Made by a program: the position numbers and the translations under genes | Notes under the pieces: generated by a model | Databases searched by the model: none | What the model was told of the DNA's origin: nothing | Seen by the model: only the letters and a program-made list of their open reading frames with translations | Part shown: positions 1 to 9,664 of the stretch, one piece after another | Numbering within the stretch: the first letter of the stretch is position 1 | Layout of the letters: each line of letters opens with the position of its first letter | NCBI GenBank assembly: GCA_964575755.1 | Contig: CAZNRH010000002.1 | Location: 70,351-134,350 of the forward strand | Source: an uncultured Candidatus Saccharibacteria bacterium | GTDB taxonomy: Bacteria; Patescibacteriota; Minisyncoccia; Phycocordibacterales; JABMNX01 | Direction of reading: 5' to 3' | Length of the DNA stretch: 64,000 bases

Positions 1-127
1 CTCAGCCGAGGTGCATAGAGCTTACACTGAAGCGGGTGCAGACGAGACGCAAATCGCAACTGGATTTATGGAATACGGATCAAAGATATTCCAGGACATT
101 CATATTGCGCTTGCTGAGGAAGATTAA
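1..127 (+). CDS. 3' end of a hypothetical protein (partial)
   Basis: Open frame ending ...IALAEED* followed by a terminator hairpin. Confidence 0.5.
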   Translation, partial: SAEVHRAYTEAGADETQIATGFMEYGSKIFQDIHIALAEED

Positions 128-142
128 TTCAAAATATTTTAA

Positions 143-174
143 GCCGTGCGGGTTTTTATCCGCACGGTCTTTTC
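143..174 (+). terminator. Intrinsic terminator
   Basis: GCCGTGCGG/CCGCACGGT stem followed by T-tract. Confidence 0.7.
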
Positions 175-245
175 TATTAAAATCCTTTCTTAGTTGCCTT
201 TGGGAAAAAGGGTAACCTGCGAAGTGAATTTGAGATTCAGCTTTT

Positions 246-413
246 TTATAAAAGTCCTTCGAGTGAACTAGTATATGTATTTATGAATGACGGAATTGCA
301 AACATAAGTCCTATAACAGGAAGTACGACTGCAATAACTGTAACCCAAATAATGACAAGAAAATATTTGCGTATTTTTTCTACTGAAGTAAAAATCTCAT
401 TGAATGTTTCATA
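246..413 (-). pseudogene. 5'-truncated small membrane protein
   Basis: Frame YETFNEIFTSVEKIRKYFLVIIWVTVIAVVLPVIGLMFAIPSFINTYTSSLEGLL* with stops upstream and no in-frame ATG at its 5' end. Confidence 0.45.
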
Positions 414-468
414 CTAAAATTATACATCAAAATTAACGGGCTGGCTGTCTGGGACGACGTTAGAACTT

Positions 469-1041
469 TTATTCAAAATGTCTATTCCACGGCAATATAA
501 AATCATCAACAGACTGTAGGCGTTCATCACGAGCATACCTTTGACTTAAGGTGTCTAAAATCTTTTCAAGCACCTTTTCAGAAGAAATTTTATTCATATC
601 TGTAAAAACCTCTACTTCGTCTACTGGTTCGTACCCTTTTGTGTTCTGAATGTGAATTCTATTTCTCTTTTTACGCAACGAATCCATCACATCATAAAAA
701 TTTGTGTTACTTGAATCAAATAAATCGTGCTTCTTTGCTTGCGCAATATAATGTTCAAACTGGTCAAATCTCTTTCCTCGAATAGCTCTGATTATTTCTT
801 GATTAAGATTCAATACACCTTCGTATACATTCGCTTTTATTCTTAATAAAAAATCATGCAGCAGCGCCTCGGAAATACTTACATTTATTAAAATTATAGG
901 TTTTATAAGTAAACATTGATTTTCAGTATTGTTTGCAAGTGCTCTATATTGCTCATAAAGAACTCCTTGCACACGTAGGTTGTAAACTATATTATCTCCA
1001 GTTTTAAATCGACAGATAAAATTTGCAGGTATAGTAAACAT
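469..1041 (-). CDS. Hypothetical protein, possible HEPN-like RNase
   Basis: 190 aa; upstream E-containing helix (ISEALL) and RKKRNRIH R...H motif. Confidence 0.5.
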   Translation of the reverse strand: MFTIPANFICRFKTGDNIVYNLRVQGVLYEQYRALANNTENQCLLIKPIILINVSISEALLHDFLLRIKANVYEGVLNLNQEIIRAIRGKRFDQFEHYIAQAKKHDLFDSSNTNFYDVMDSLRKKRNRIHIQNTKGYEPVDEVEVFTDMNKISSEKVLEKILDTLSQRYARDERLQSVDDFILPWNRHFE

Positions 1042-1048
1042 AAACTTT

Positions 1049-1906
1049 TTATTTTGTTTGTTCCCCTTCTATCTGAATAGATAAATCATCCATCACGTAG
1101 TGTACAAATTGAGAACCAAGTTCGGTTAAGATATACGGATCAGTACGATCAAAGGCAGATTTACCTTTTCCTTTTGATGTAGATTCTTGTCTTATTACAC
1201 CTCCTGTACTTAAGTCTCTAATTAGTAATCTAAATAAATCAGCTTCTGCAGAACGTTCTTCTGGAATTTCTCCTCTAAGATTTTGCCATATTTCACCTCT
1301 TGTAATCCTTGGGTGATTATATATCTTTGAAATAACTTGAAAATGGAATTCGTGATATTTTTCAATCCAGTCCAGAAAAAATCTAACCCAATCATCTTGA
1401 ACTATACTTATTCCTCCAGCGTTAGTGATCAGCTTCCTTAACATATTTCTTTTTTCAAGCGTCTCTGCTTGATCCCATTTTGAAAAAGTCGCTTTAACTA
1501 ATGCTATATACTCTTCTGATTCGATCCTTTTATTTATTCTATCACCAAACTCTTTAAATCTCCCAAAAATCTGGTTTAAGTCTACTGACAATTGCTTTAA
1601 TTTCTCCTCATGTTCCTTTACCCAGAGATAAATAAATTTATTCATATCTTGCTGGTCATTTTCAGAAGAAAGAGCTGCTGCAGCACTTATTACAGAACCT
1701 ACCCAAGGGAGGCTGCTTAGAGCAGCCATTGAAACTCTGGTGTATTTTAGAGATTCACTACCTAGAAGTCTTTCTAAAATTTCTCTTTCATTTCCAGATA
1801 ATATTTCTATATCTCTTCTTATTACACCCTTAGTTTCACTGACACCTTTTGTGGTACTTTGTGTCTCATCTATCTTTTCTTTACCTTTTTTGCCTTTATC
1901 GTCCAT
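1049..1906 (-). CDS. Hypothetical protein, Abi-alpha/DUF4393-like (C-terminal wHTH-like)
   Basis: 285 aa; ...LIRDLSTGGVI...YILTELGSQFV pattern; family call is recognition by eye. Confidence 0.45.
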   Translation of the reverse strand: MDDKGKKGKEKIDETQSTTKGVSETKGVIRRDIEILSGNEREILERLLGSESLKYTRVSMAALSSLPWVGSVISAAAALSSENDQQDMNKFIYLWVKEHEEKLKQLSVDLNQIFGRFKEFGDRINKRIESEEYIALVKATFSKWDQAETLEKRNMLRKLITNAGGISIVQDDWVRFFLDWIEKYHEFHFQVISKIYNHPRITRGEIWQNLRGEIPEERSAEADLFRLLIRDLSTGGVIRQESTSKGKGKSAFDRTDPYILTELGSQFVHYVMDDLSIQIEGEQTK

Positions 1907-1910
1907 TAAT

Positions 1911-2516
1911 TTAAGAATTGAGTTCAGATAAAAGATCTGAATCTTTTTTATGGTTTTCTTTTGACTGCTTAACGAAGCCAGTTATTTTCTGGTTGAGAGT
2001 TTCATTGTAACCATCAACTTGTTGATTAATGTTATCAAGTCGTTGCTGAATCTTCCCTACAATATCGTCTCTTTCTTTTTTTAGTGAATCAGCATCATCT
2101 GAAAAGACAATAATCTCAAATACAATACAATTATCTTCAACCGACACTTCTTCACTCCAAAGCATAAAAGTTGACGGCTTTGATTCAAGTAGTTCTTTGT
2201 CGCCTGAAAATGGAACAGAAAATACCGCGATCTTTTTTTCATATTCCTCACCTCGATCTACACCGAAAGAACTTGGAAAATATTTTGCTGGAATCATTGC
2301 TTTTGTAAGGTCAACTTTTATTTTTGATGGATCCAAGACAACTCTTGCAATTGACTTTTCTTCAACAAGGTTTTGAATGTACTTTTCTTCATCTTTTAAA
2401 TTTACAACAGAAGAATCAGCAAGAACTTCTTCTTCTATTTTTTTTGTTTGTGCTTCAAGGACTGCACCTAAGTCAAACTTTGCAAACAATCTGAAGCCAC
2501 TTCTAGTAAAAAGCAT
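1911..2516 (-). CDS. Hypothetical protein
   Basis: 201 aa ORF, first gene of a tight 3-gene operon. Confidence 0.65.
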   Translation of the reverse strand: MLFTRSGFRLFAKFDLGAVLEAQTKKIEEEVLADSSVVNLKDEEKYIQNLVEEKSIARVVLDPSKIKVDLTKAMIPAKYFPSSFGVDRGEEYEKKIAVFSVPFSGDKELLESKPSTFMLWSEEVSVEDNCIVFEIIVFSDDADSLKKERDDIVGKIQQRLDNINQQVDGYNETLNQKITGFVKQSKENHKKDSDLLSELNS

Positions 2517-2741
2517 ATATTTGTGTTTCTAGTAGTCTAGTAATGTTAAATCCAGTATACTCCTAATATTTATATGTCCAACGACTTAATTATTGAGCAA
2601 CAATTTTTATTATCGCTTTTACAATAGAGCCTACTTTTCAGGAATAATCGAAGATGGTAAACGCAACGTTCTAAATCCGTCCAAATCTGAATAATGGTCT
2701 CTTTCAAAATCAGATGTAATTTGTCTTATATTTACAGCCAT

Positions 2742-2775
2742 AAATAAACAGCCAGAGTACTCTGGCTGTTTATTT
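2742..2775. terminator. Perfect palindrome / bidirectional terminator downstream of tRNA-Gln
   Basis: AAATAAACAGCCAGAGTACTCTGGCTGTTTATTT. Confidence 0.65.
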
Positions 2776-2796
2776 TGTGTGTCATTTCGTTCAAAG

Positions 2797-2867
2797 CTGC
2801 CGGACTAGGACTCGAACCTAGATAGCTAGCACCAAAAGCTAGTGTCCTGCCATTAGACGATCCGGCA
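2797..2867 (-). tRNA. tRNA-Gln(TTG)
   Basis: Cloverleaf TGCCGGA...CTAGC-TTTTGGT-GCTAG...GGTTCGAGTCC...TCCGGCA-G. Confidence 0.95.
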
Positions 2868-2907
2868 GCTTTGAAAACAATGTCGTTTTATTATATTAAA
2901 TTTTAAA

Positions 2908-3031
2908 GTACCAAAAACCTACCCTATCGCCTGTTTCGTTAGACTCAACAACGGCGATTTTCTGTTCCGCAGAAATCGGATGAAATATAAAGCAGTTTAT
3001 ATTTCATTCCCACCACTTAGACGATCCGGCA
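2908..3031 (-). pseudogene. Degenerate tRNA-Gln 5' copy interrupted by hairpins
   Basis: TGCCGGATCGTCTAA identical to tRNA-Gln 5' end, then three hairpins, then GTAGGTTTTTGGTAC. Confidence 0.6.
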
Positions 3032-3101
3032 ATTATTCTATTGTCTACTACAATATTAAATTACTACGTAATATTGCCTTAATTAAAGTATGTAATCAAG
3101 T

Positions 3102-4157
3102 CTATTTAAGTAACTTCACAAGAGCGAGCTCTACTGGAAGTTGAGGAATATATGAACGAGATATTGCATCATATGCTCCAAGGAGCTCATATAGTACAAC
3201 TGAATTAATATGAGACTCCTTGCCCTCACTTAATTTTTTAAGAAATTCAAAATCTTCTTTTACAAACTGCTCTTTAAACCCTTTTTCCATTTCTTTTGCA
3301 TATTTAAGGAGCAAGACCACACGTACTTTATGGAGTACTAGCTTCATAAATGTTTTTATATCAAGGTTCTGTGCCACTACGTCCCCTACAACCTCAAGTG
3401 CATTTTCAAGCTTTTTCTCTGCAATAGCTTCGATAAAATTATTAATAAGCTTCCCTTTTGGCGCCCCTGTTACAAGCTCTACTTCTTCTATGCTTACTTT
3501 ATTGTATTTTGAAGATGAAAGTATCTTTTGCAAAACTCCATGTGCATCACGAAACGAACCCTCTGCAAGCATCGCTATTAAATCCGCTGAAGCTGGCTCT
3601 AGTGAGAATTTTTCCTTCTTCGCGATATCCGTTATCATTTTTGCTAAAATTTGTCTGCTTGGTTTTTTAAATGTAAAACTCTGACATCGCGATATTATCG
3701 TCTCTGGTAACTTCCCTTCTTCTGTTGTTGCCAGCATAAACACAACATGCTTTGGTGGCTCTTCAAGTGTCTTTAAGAGTGCATTAAAAGCTTCTTTAGT
3801 TAGCATGTGTACCTCGTCAATAATATAAACTTTGTACGGAGACTCAAATGGAAGTGTGTGTACTGACTCACGAAGTGCTCGTATGTCATCAATACCACGA
3901 TTTGAAGCAGCATCGATTTCATACATATCATTCTGTGATGCTCCTATCGCTCGCGCCAGTATACGCGCAATACTTGTCTTCCCTGTTCCTCGAGAACCAG
4001 AGAAAAGATATGCGTGTGATATATTTCCCTGCTCTATTGCACCCTCAAGCACAGAGACAATATGCTCCTGCCCGAGCACATCTTTAAACTCCTCAGGACG
4101 ATATTTCCTATAGAGCGCTGTTTGTCTATTTTGGCTGGCATTAGAATCTGCTGACAT
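3102..4157 (-). CDS. dnaX: DNA polymerase III subunit gamma/tau
   Basis: LYRKYRP, GSRGTGKT, EIDAASNRG, IDEVHML, SRC motifs. Confidence 0.97.
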   Translation of the reverse strand: MSADSNASQNRQTALYRKYRPEEFKDVLGQEHIVSVLEGAIEQGNISHAYLFSGSRGTGKTSIARILARAIGASQNDMYEIDAASNRGIDDIRALRESVHTLPFESPYKVYIIDEVHMLTKEAFNALLKTLEEPPKHVVFMLATTEEGKLPETIISRCQSFTFKKPSRQILAKMITDIAKKEKFSLEPASADLIAMLAEGSFRDAHGVLQKILSSSKYNKVSIEEVELVTGAPKGKLINNFIEAIAEKKLENALEVVGDVVAQNLDIKTFMKLVLHKVRVVLLLKYAKEMEKGFKEQFVKEDFEFLKKLSEGKESHINSVVLYELLGAYDAISRSYIPQLPVELALVKLLK

Positions 4158-4238
4158 GAAAAGATTATACCACCCTAAACTAATAATTTGTAAACGAAAA
4201 AGCCGCCATACGTAATACGCAGGCGGCTTATGTTGAGG

Positions 4239-4523
4239 TTATGCTGTTACGGCCAAACCTCCTTTAAATTCTGATGAAATGGATAAAGTTTTTTCCATCC
4301 ACTGTTTCCAGTAGCTTGAGATGTCTATAGACTTTATAAACAAAAAAGCATCCAAAAACAACTCAAGTAATTGACCAGATACTGTCCTGATCTTGATTAA
4401 TGGTAGTATTCCCTCCCTTTCTGTAACTTTTACAACTTTAACTGGCATCCCAACATCTTGCTTGTTCGCAAATGTTAGGTCGGCAAAAGAGTTTTTAACC
4501 AGTACTTCACTTCCCTCAGTCAT
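4239..4523 (-). CDS. Orphan hypothetical protein
   Basis: 94 aa, AAGGA SD, downstream hairpin at about 4201-4229. Confidence 0.6.
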   Translation of the reverse strand: MTEGSEVLVKNSFADLTFANKQDVGMPVKVVKVTEREGILPLIKIRTVSGQLLELFLDAFLFIKSIDISSYWKQWMEKTLSISSEFKGGLAVTA

Positions 4524-4596
4524 TCTTTATTTATTCCTTTAAATCATTTTTTAGTGGACAATTCCATAAATACTTTAACAGGAAGCGCTATATAAG

Positions 4597-5598
4597 TCAA
4601 GTTTTAAGGTATTTTGAGACTACATTTTCAACCTCAGATGCATCTTTAGCTTCCATAAGTTTTATGCGAAGCTCTTTTGCGCCATCCCACCCACTTACAT
4701 ACGCCTTATAGTGTTTCTTCATTACATTAAAACTTTTTACATCTCCAAGAAGCTCTTCGTAAAGTTTGGTGTGCTCAACTAAAACAGTGAGACGCTCTTC
4801 TATTGAAACCTCTCCTTTATCTCGATCAAATAACCATGGGTTACCGAAAACTGCACGCCCAAGCATCACTCCATCACACCCTGTCTCATCTACCTTTCTT
4901 TGGGCATCTTCTAGATCGACGACATCTCCATTACCAATTATAAATGTACCGCTTCCTAACTCGTCTCGTATTTCAACCGCTCTTTTTATCTGACCCCAAT
5001 CAGCGGGGACTTTCGACATCTCTTTACGTGTTCGCCCATGAACCGTAATTACGGCTGGTTTTGCTTTAAGTAGCGCAGGCAGCCACTCCTCTAGAATATT
5101 TGTACTGTAACCAATGCGAGTCTTTACAGAGACTGGAATATATTTACCACCTTCTTTTATAACCTCATCTACTCCGTCTTTCGCAGCTTGTATTAGTTCT
5201 TGAGCTAATTCAGGAGTCTTCATTAAAGAAGCACCTGAACCCTGTTTTTCAATACTTCTATCTGGGCACCCCATATTTATATCAAACCCATCAAATCCAC
5301 ACTCAACAGCATATTTTGCAGCTTTTTTCATGATGTCTGAACTTGAAGTAAAAAATTGTACAACAATCGGACGCTCTCCATCAGAGTAATTCATGTCTCT
5401 TTTTATCTTTTTTTGTCCTTTTTCATCTGCTAAAAATAACCCATCGGCAGAAATAAATTCCGTCCACATAACATCTGGCTTGCCATACTTCGCTATAACA
5501 CGCCTAAAAGCGACATCAGTGACATCTGCCATTGGTGCTAATACAAAAAATGGTTTTTTTAATTCCCCCCAGAACCCTATCTCATTTCCTTGTAACAT
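4597..5598 (-). CDS. dus: tRNA-dihydrouridine synthase
   Basis: LAPMADVTD, DINMGCP, VHGRT, GVMLGRA; start likely MLQGNE. Confidence 0.95.
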   Translation of the reverse strand: MLQGNEIGFWGELKKPFFVLAPMADVTDVAFRRVIAKYGKPDVMWTEFISADGLFLADEKGQKKIKRDMNYSDGERPIVVQFFTSSSDIMKKAAKYAVECGFDGFDINMGCPDRSIEKQGSGASLMKTPELAQELIQAAKDGVDEVIKEGGKYIPVSVKTRIGYSTNILEEWLPALLKAKPAVITVHGRTRKEMSKVPADWGQIKRAVEIRDELGSGTFIIGNGDVVDLEDAQRKVDETGCDGVMLGRAVFGNPWLFDRDKGEVSIEERLTVLVEHTKLYEELLGDVKSFNVMKKHYKAYVSGWDGAKELRIKLMEAKDASEVENVVSKYLKT

Positions 5599-5618
5599 GT
5601 TGACAAATATACCACACC

Positions 5619-5936
5619 ATGACATATATACTACTAGACAGAAAAAACTTGTATGAATTGGAGATCGAGATGACTGTAATAGCAGAAGTAATCAAAGAGG
5701 AGAAGAAATGTGTAGATGAGATCTTGCGATTACTTGGCAGTGTTTTAAAAAATAGTTTAAATACGGAGAGTAGAGAAATTATAAAGCTAGTAATTATGCT
5801 TCTCTGTAAAAAACCAACCAAATACGCCGACCAAATCAAAAAATTAGCAGAGGTACTGGCGCATAGCCTTGCCTCTGGAGACAAAGAATGGATTAAAGAG
5901 TTTGTTCCCGCACATATTTATAAATTGCCAGATTGA
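5619..5936 (+). CDS. Orphan hypothetical protein
   Basis: ORF with downstream terminator; true start may be about 5670 after GGAG. Confidence 0.55.
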   Translation: MTYILLDRKNLYELEIEMTVIAEVIKEEKKCVDEILRLLGSVLKNSLNTESREIIKLVIMLLCKKPTKYADQIKKLAEVLAHSLASGDKEWIKEFVPAHIYKLPD

Positions 5937-5959
5937 CGACCTGTTACATGAAAGATAAT

Positions 5960-5989
5960 AACGACCGCCTTAAAAAAGCGGTCGTTTTT
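5960..5989 (+). terminator. Intrinsic terminator
   Basis: AACGACCGC/GCGGTCGTT stem + T run. Confidence 0.7.
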
Positions 5990-6084
5990 ATTTTATATAA
6001 GCTTAATATGCCTTTTGTGTTATATTAATGTAAGTAGCACTTTAAAAGCATCATTTTTTAACTAACACAGGAAAGGCTCAAACT

Positions 6085-6267
6085 ATGACACCAGTGGATA
6101 ATGACAGTAAGATTAAAGTATTTTTACCTGGATTGAATAGTCCGTCACAAATTGCCGGATCGCTGCAAAGAATGGAAGTTGAAGAAAAGAAACATGGTGG
6201 GCGTGTACCAAATGCTCTCTTTCCAAGATTTGTAGCGTCTTTAAAAAGACTCTTACGAAGGAATTGA
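6085..6267 (+). CDS. Orphan small protein (60 aa)
   Basis: AGGAAAGG SD-like sequence upstream; terminator CCCGTCAC/GTGACGGG near 6322-6352. Confidence 0.5.
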   Translation: MTPVDNDSKIKVFLPGLNSPSQIAGSLQRMEVEEKKHGGRVPNALFPRFVASLKRLLRRN

Positions 6268-6350
6268 TGAAAGTCTACATAAAAGATTTACCGGTCAATC
6301 CACACCACCTCGCAAAACTCCCCCGTCACAGTAGCTACGTGACGGGTTTT

Positions 6351-7187
6351 TTATTTCAACTTAAAATATACCTTATTACCAAAACGTAGATCTATGTATT
6401 CTATGTCTTCTGTATTCTTTTCTCTAAATGTTTCTGAATCGAGAACGACAGTAAGGTTATCGAGCACCTCAGACGATCCTTGTTTTCTTGTGAAGATAAT
6501 CTTACTCTCACCTTCTAGATAAAGCTCCATATTTGAGACACCTACTGTGTGTAATTCGATAGGTATAACCTCTAACTTTTTAAGTGAATCAATAAGAGTG
6601 TTCATTTTATTAAATTCGTCGTTTATTTTTAAATAATACTTACCTACATAATCTGGACCTATTAAATCTCCATAAAAACGCATGAAGACATTACCCGTAA
6701 AGTTGGGTGCTTTCGAGAATACAAACCCTTCCGTATTAATGAAATAACAATCCTCTGTTAATTCACTACTTTTATCAGTACACCAAAGAGCATACGGCTT
6801 CTGCTCCTCTATTTCCATGGATAAAGTTTGAAGGTCAGTACGCACGATATCAACTGACTCAATTTGCTTAAATGTGGTTAAGATAGAAGACTCTATCTCT
6901 TCTTCTGGAAAAATTAAACTGTTTGTACGCGGAAATAATAAAAAATATTTTCCACCCTCAAGAACCTCTTCTGTAACATCTTTTATTCTTGAGTCTGAAA
7001 TAACACTACTTCCATTTATAACAATATTGTTTATCTGCAAGTATGGACGATACGATACCCACGAACCTAAACCTATTAAAAGTATAATGACGACCACGCT
7101 ACCAACAATTTTCCATAAAAAAGATCTACGCCTACGTTTAGCAAGTCTTTCTGGTCGTGCTACTTTACATCTCCTAAACCACTTCAT
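6351..7187 (-). CDS. FtsQ/DivIB-like cell division protein (POTRA domain)
   Basis: N-terminal TM, POTRA-like segment, C-terminal YIDLRFGNKVY. Confidence 0.85.
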   Translation of the reverse strand: MKWFRRCKVARPERLAKRRRRSFLWKIVGSVVVIILLIGLGSWVSYRPYLQINNIVINGSSVISDSRIKDVTEEVLEGGKYFLLFPRTNSLIFPEEEIESSILTTFKQIESVDIVRTDLQTLSMEIEEQKPYALWCTDKSSELTEDCYFINTEGFVFSKAPNFTGNVFMRFYGDLIGPDYVGKYYLKINDEFNKMNTLIDSLKKLEVIPIELHTVGVSNMELYLEGESKIIFTRKQGSSEVLDNLTVVLDSETFREKNTEDIEYIDLRFGNKVYFKLK

Positions 7188-7301
7188 CCCGTACGAAATA
7201 GGACACGGACTAATGTTGCCATTGTCCTAAAGTTAAATCCTCTGTTAATTATCGACTTATTTTCCATATATTATGTTTGTATCCATGATTTCGTACGGGA
7301 T
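7186..7301 (-). repeat. Start-codon hairpin element (ATCCCGTACG family), copy 1
   Basis: ATCCCGTACGAAAT...TCCT-ATTTCGTACGGGAT overlapping the ATG of the ftsQ-like gene. Confidence 0.9.
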
Positions 7302-7306
7302 TTATA

Positions 7307-8572
7307 TTATTTTGATATTATGTCCTTCCCTAAATATTTTTGCAACACTTCTGGAACTTTAATAGATCCATCTTCCTGTTGGAAATTTTCTACAAGCGAT
7401 ACTAGGATTCTTGGTGTTGGTATCGCGGTGCAGTTAAGAGAGTGGACATATTTAGCTTTTCCATTCTTGTCTCTATATTTAATATTAAACCGTCGTGTTT
7501 GGAAATCATGGAAATACGACGCTGAACTTATCTCGCGATATTTTTCTTCAAGTGGCACCCAAAGCTCAATGTCATACTTCTTAACCTGACCTTGTCCTAA
7601 ATCTCCACCACAATTAAGTACTGTGTGATACGGAATATTAAGTGATTCAATAAACTCTTCTGTATTTCTATTTATCCATTCATGTAGTCGCACAGACTCT
7701 TCATGATTAGCTTCGCATAAAACAACCTGTTCAAGCTTAAAAAACTCATGCACTCTAATGAGTCCTTTTGTATCCTTTCCATGACTTCCTGCTTCCCTCC
7801 TATAACACGGGGAGAACGACAAGAATTTTACTGGAAAAATCTTCTCATCTAGAATCTCATCGGCATAATATCCCATTGTTGATATCTCTGACGTACCAGC
7901 AAGATAATCATCGTCTTGCGTCTTATATATATCATCAACTTCGTTTGGTAAATGTCCTGTGCCGTATAAATTACTCTTACGAACTATCGAGGGAACAATC
8001 ATTGGGGTAAACTCTTTTTTAAGGAAAAAGTCCATTGCGTAATTCCAAATAGCCCATGACAAAAGTGCGCCATCATTTTTAAGAAAGTACCCACGGAACC
8101 CATGCACCTTTGTACCACGCTCAAAATCAACCATGTCCAGCGCTGTCATTATATCTACATGATTTTTTGGCTCAAACGAAAACTGAGTTTTCTCTCCCCA
8201 CACCTTTATTTCTTTATTATCTTCATCATCTTTTCCCTCTGGCACTGACATGTCTGGAACATTTGGAACTTGTAGCATAAGCGTATGCCACTTTTCCATA
8301 ACACCCTTCAACTCTTCTTCTTCTTTTTGTAATACTGCCTTAAGTTCTTTCATTTCAGAAATAGCCTGATAGCGAACATTCTGGTCTTCTGACTTTGCTA
8401 TCTCTTCATTTGCTTTATTTTGTCTTGCGCGTTTTTCTTCCACTGATTTCAATATCTCTCGCCTTTTATCATCAAGAGTAATAAGACTATCAATATCAAA
8501 ATCCATATGCTTTTTTCGAGCACCTTCCTTAACAAGATCTTTGTTTTCTCTAATGAAGTTAATATCTAACAT
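7307..8572 (-). CDS. serS: Serine--tRNA ligase
   Basis: MLDINFIREN, CYRREAGS, GLIRVHEF, EISSAS. Confidence 0.97.
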   Translation of the reverse strand: MLDINFIRENKDLVKEGARKKHMDFDIDSLITLDDKRREILKSVEEKRARQNKANEEIAKSEDQNVRYQAISEMKELKAVLQKEEEELKGVMEKWHTLMLQVPNVPDMSVPEGKDDEDNKEIKVWGEKTQFSFEPKNHVDIMTALDMVDFERGTKVHGFRGYFLKNDGALLSWAIWNYAMDFFLKKEFTPMIVPSIVRKSNLYGTGHLPNEVDDIYKTQDDDYLAGTSEISTMGYYADEILDEKIFPVKFLSFSPCYRREAGSHGKDTKGLIRVHEFFKLEQVVLCEANHEESVRLHEWINRNTEEFIESLNIPYHTVLNCGGDLGQGQVKKYDIELWVPLEEKYREISSASYFHDFQTRRFNIKYRDKNGKAKYVHSLNCTAIPTPRILVSLVENFQQEDGSIKVPEVLQKYLGKDIISK

Positions 8573-8609
8573 AATTACTGTTTATATACGTGATACGATA
8601 CATATTACT

Positions 8610-9476
8610 ATGGAGACACATGTTAAACAACTTAAATCCTCTGAATTTCCACACCTATTAAAAGAAACATCTGACCCACCAAAAGAGCTGTACGTACGTG
8701 GTAAACTCCCACAACAGGACACTAAACTACTATGCGTTGTTGGTTCACGAAGACACTCTCCGTATGGGAAAGATGTGTGCGAGACACTTATTAAAGGGCT
8801 TAAGGGATTTAATATCGCAATCGTATCTGGACTTGCACTGGGCATGGATGCGACTGCACACAAAACTGCCCTTGATGTAGGTCTACCAACTATTGCCGTC
8901 CCTGGTTCTGGTTTAGATGATTCTGTCTTATATCCAAGAACAAATAAACTACTCGCACAAGATATCCTTGACGCTGGAGGAGCGCTTCTTTCAGAATTTA
9001 AACCCATGTTTCGAGCTACACCATATAGCTTTCCACAAAGGAATCGAATAATGGCCGGCATGTCTCACGCAACGCTGATAATAGAGGCTGGGGAAAGATC
9101 AGGGACTCTTATAACAGCAAGACTTGCGATGGAATACAACCGTGACGTACTCACAGTCCCAAGTTCAATATTCTCACGTCTTTCATACGGGCCGCACATG
9201 CTTATTAAAAACGGTGCTACTCCAATCACAGAGAGTGATGATATTCTCGAAGTGTTTGGACTAGAAAGAGAAGAAGCAAACCAGTCTACTGAAAAGAACA
9301 CAGAAGACCTTGGAGATGATGAAAAAAAAGTATTACATCTACTTGCACACCCTATGAAGAGAGATACTTTATTAGACGCACTCGACTTACCTATTAGAGA
9401 TATAAATATACTACTTTCTAGTATGGAATTAAAAGGTTTAATTATCGAAAGACTTGGAGAATTACGACAAACTTAA
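8610..9476 (+). CDS. dprA: DNA-processing protein DprA
   Basis: VVGSR, IVSGLALGMD, FPQRNRI, SGTLITA; start likely METHVK. Confidence 0.95.
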   Translation: METHVKQLKSSEFPHLLKETSDPPKELYVRGKLPQQDTKLLCVVGSRRHSPYGKDVCETLIKGLKGFNIAIVSGLALGMDATAHKTALDVGLPTIAVPGSGLDDSVLYPRTNKLLAQDILDAGGALLSEFKPMFRATPYSFPQRNRIMAGMSHATLIIEAGERSGTLITARLAMEYNRDVLTVPSSIFSRLSYGPHMLIKNGATPITESDDILEVFGLEREEANQSTEKNTEDLGDDEKKVLHLLAHPMKRDTLLDALDLPIRDINILLSSMELKGLIIERLGELRQT

Positions 9477-9530
9477 CTGTCTTAACATTTGACAGATGGT
9501 TATACTTACTGTAAATATATATTCCTATGA

Positions 9531-9664
9531 ATCCCGTTAGAGATAAGTCCTCCAGAGGAGACTGTCGGACACTGGGACGATATATACAACAATATAAAAT
9601 ATTATTAACACATTTAATTTTAGGACAAAGGTTGTTTACATCGGTGTCCTATCTCTAACAGGAT
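9531..9664 (+). repeat. Start-codon hairpin element (ATCCCGTTAG subfamily), copy 2
   Basis: ATGA-ATCCCGTTAGAGAT...TCCT-ATCTCTAACAGG-ATGA at topA start. Confidence 0.9.

Noticed and set aside
432-468. Integron attC site after the HEPN-like gene (TCTAAC...GTTAAT on the minus strand)
   Set aside because: Too short, lacks internal L-box pairing, and no integron integrase is present.
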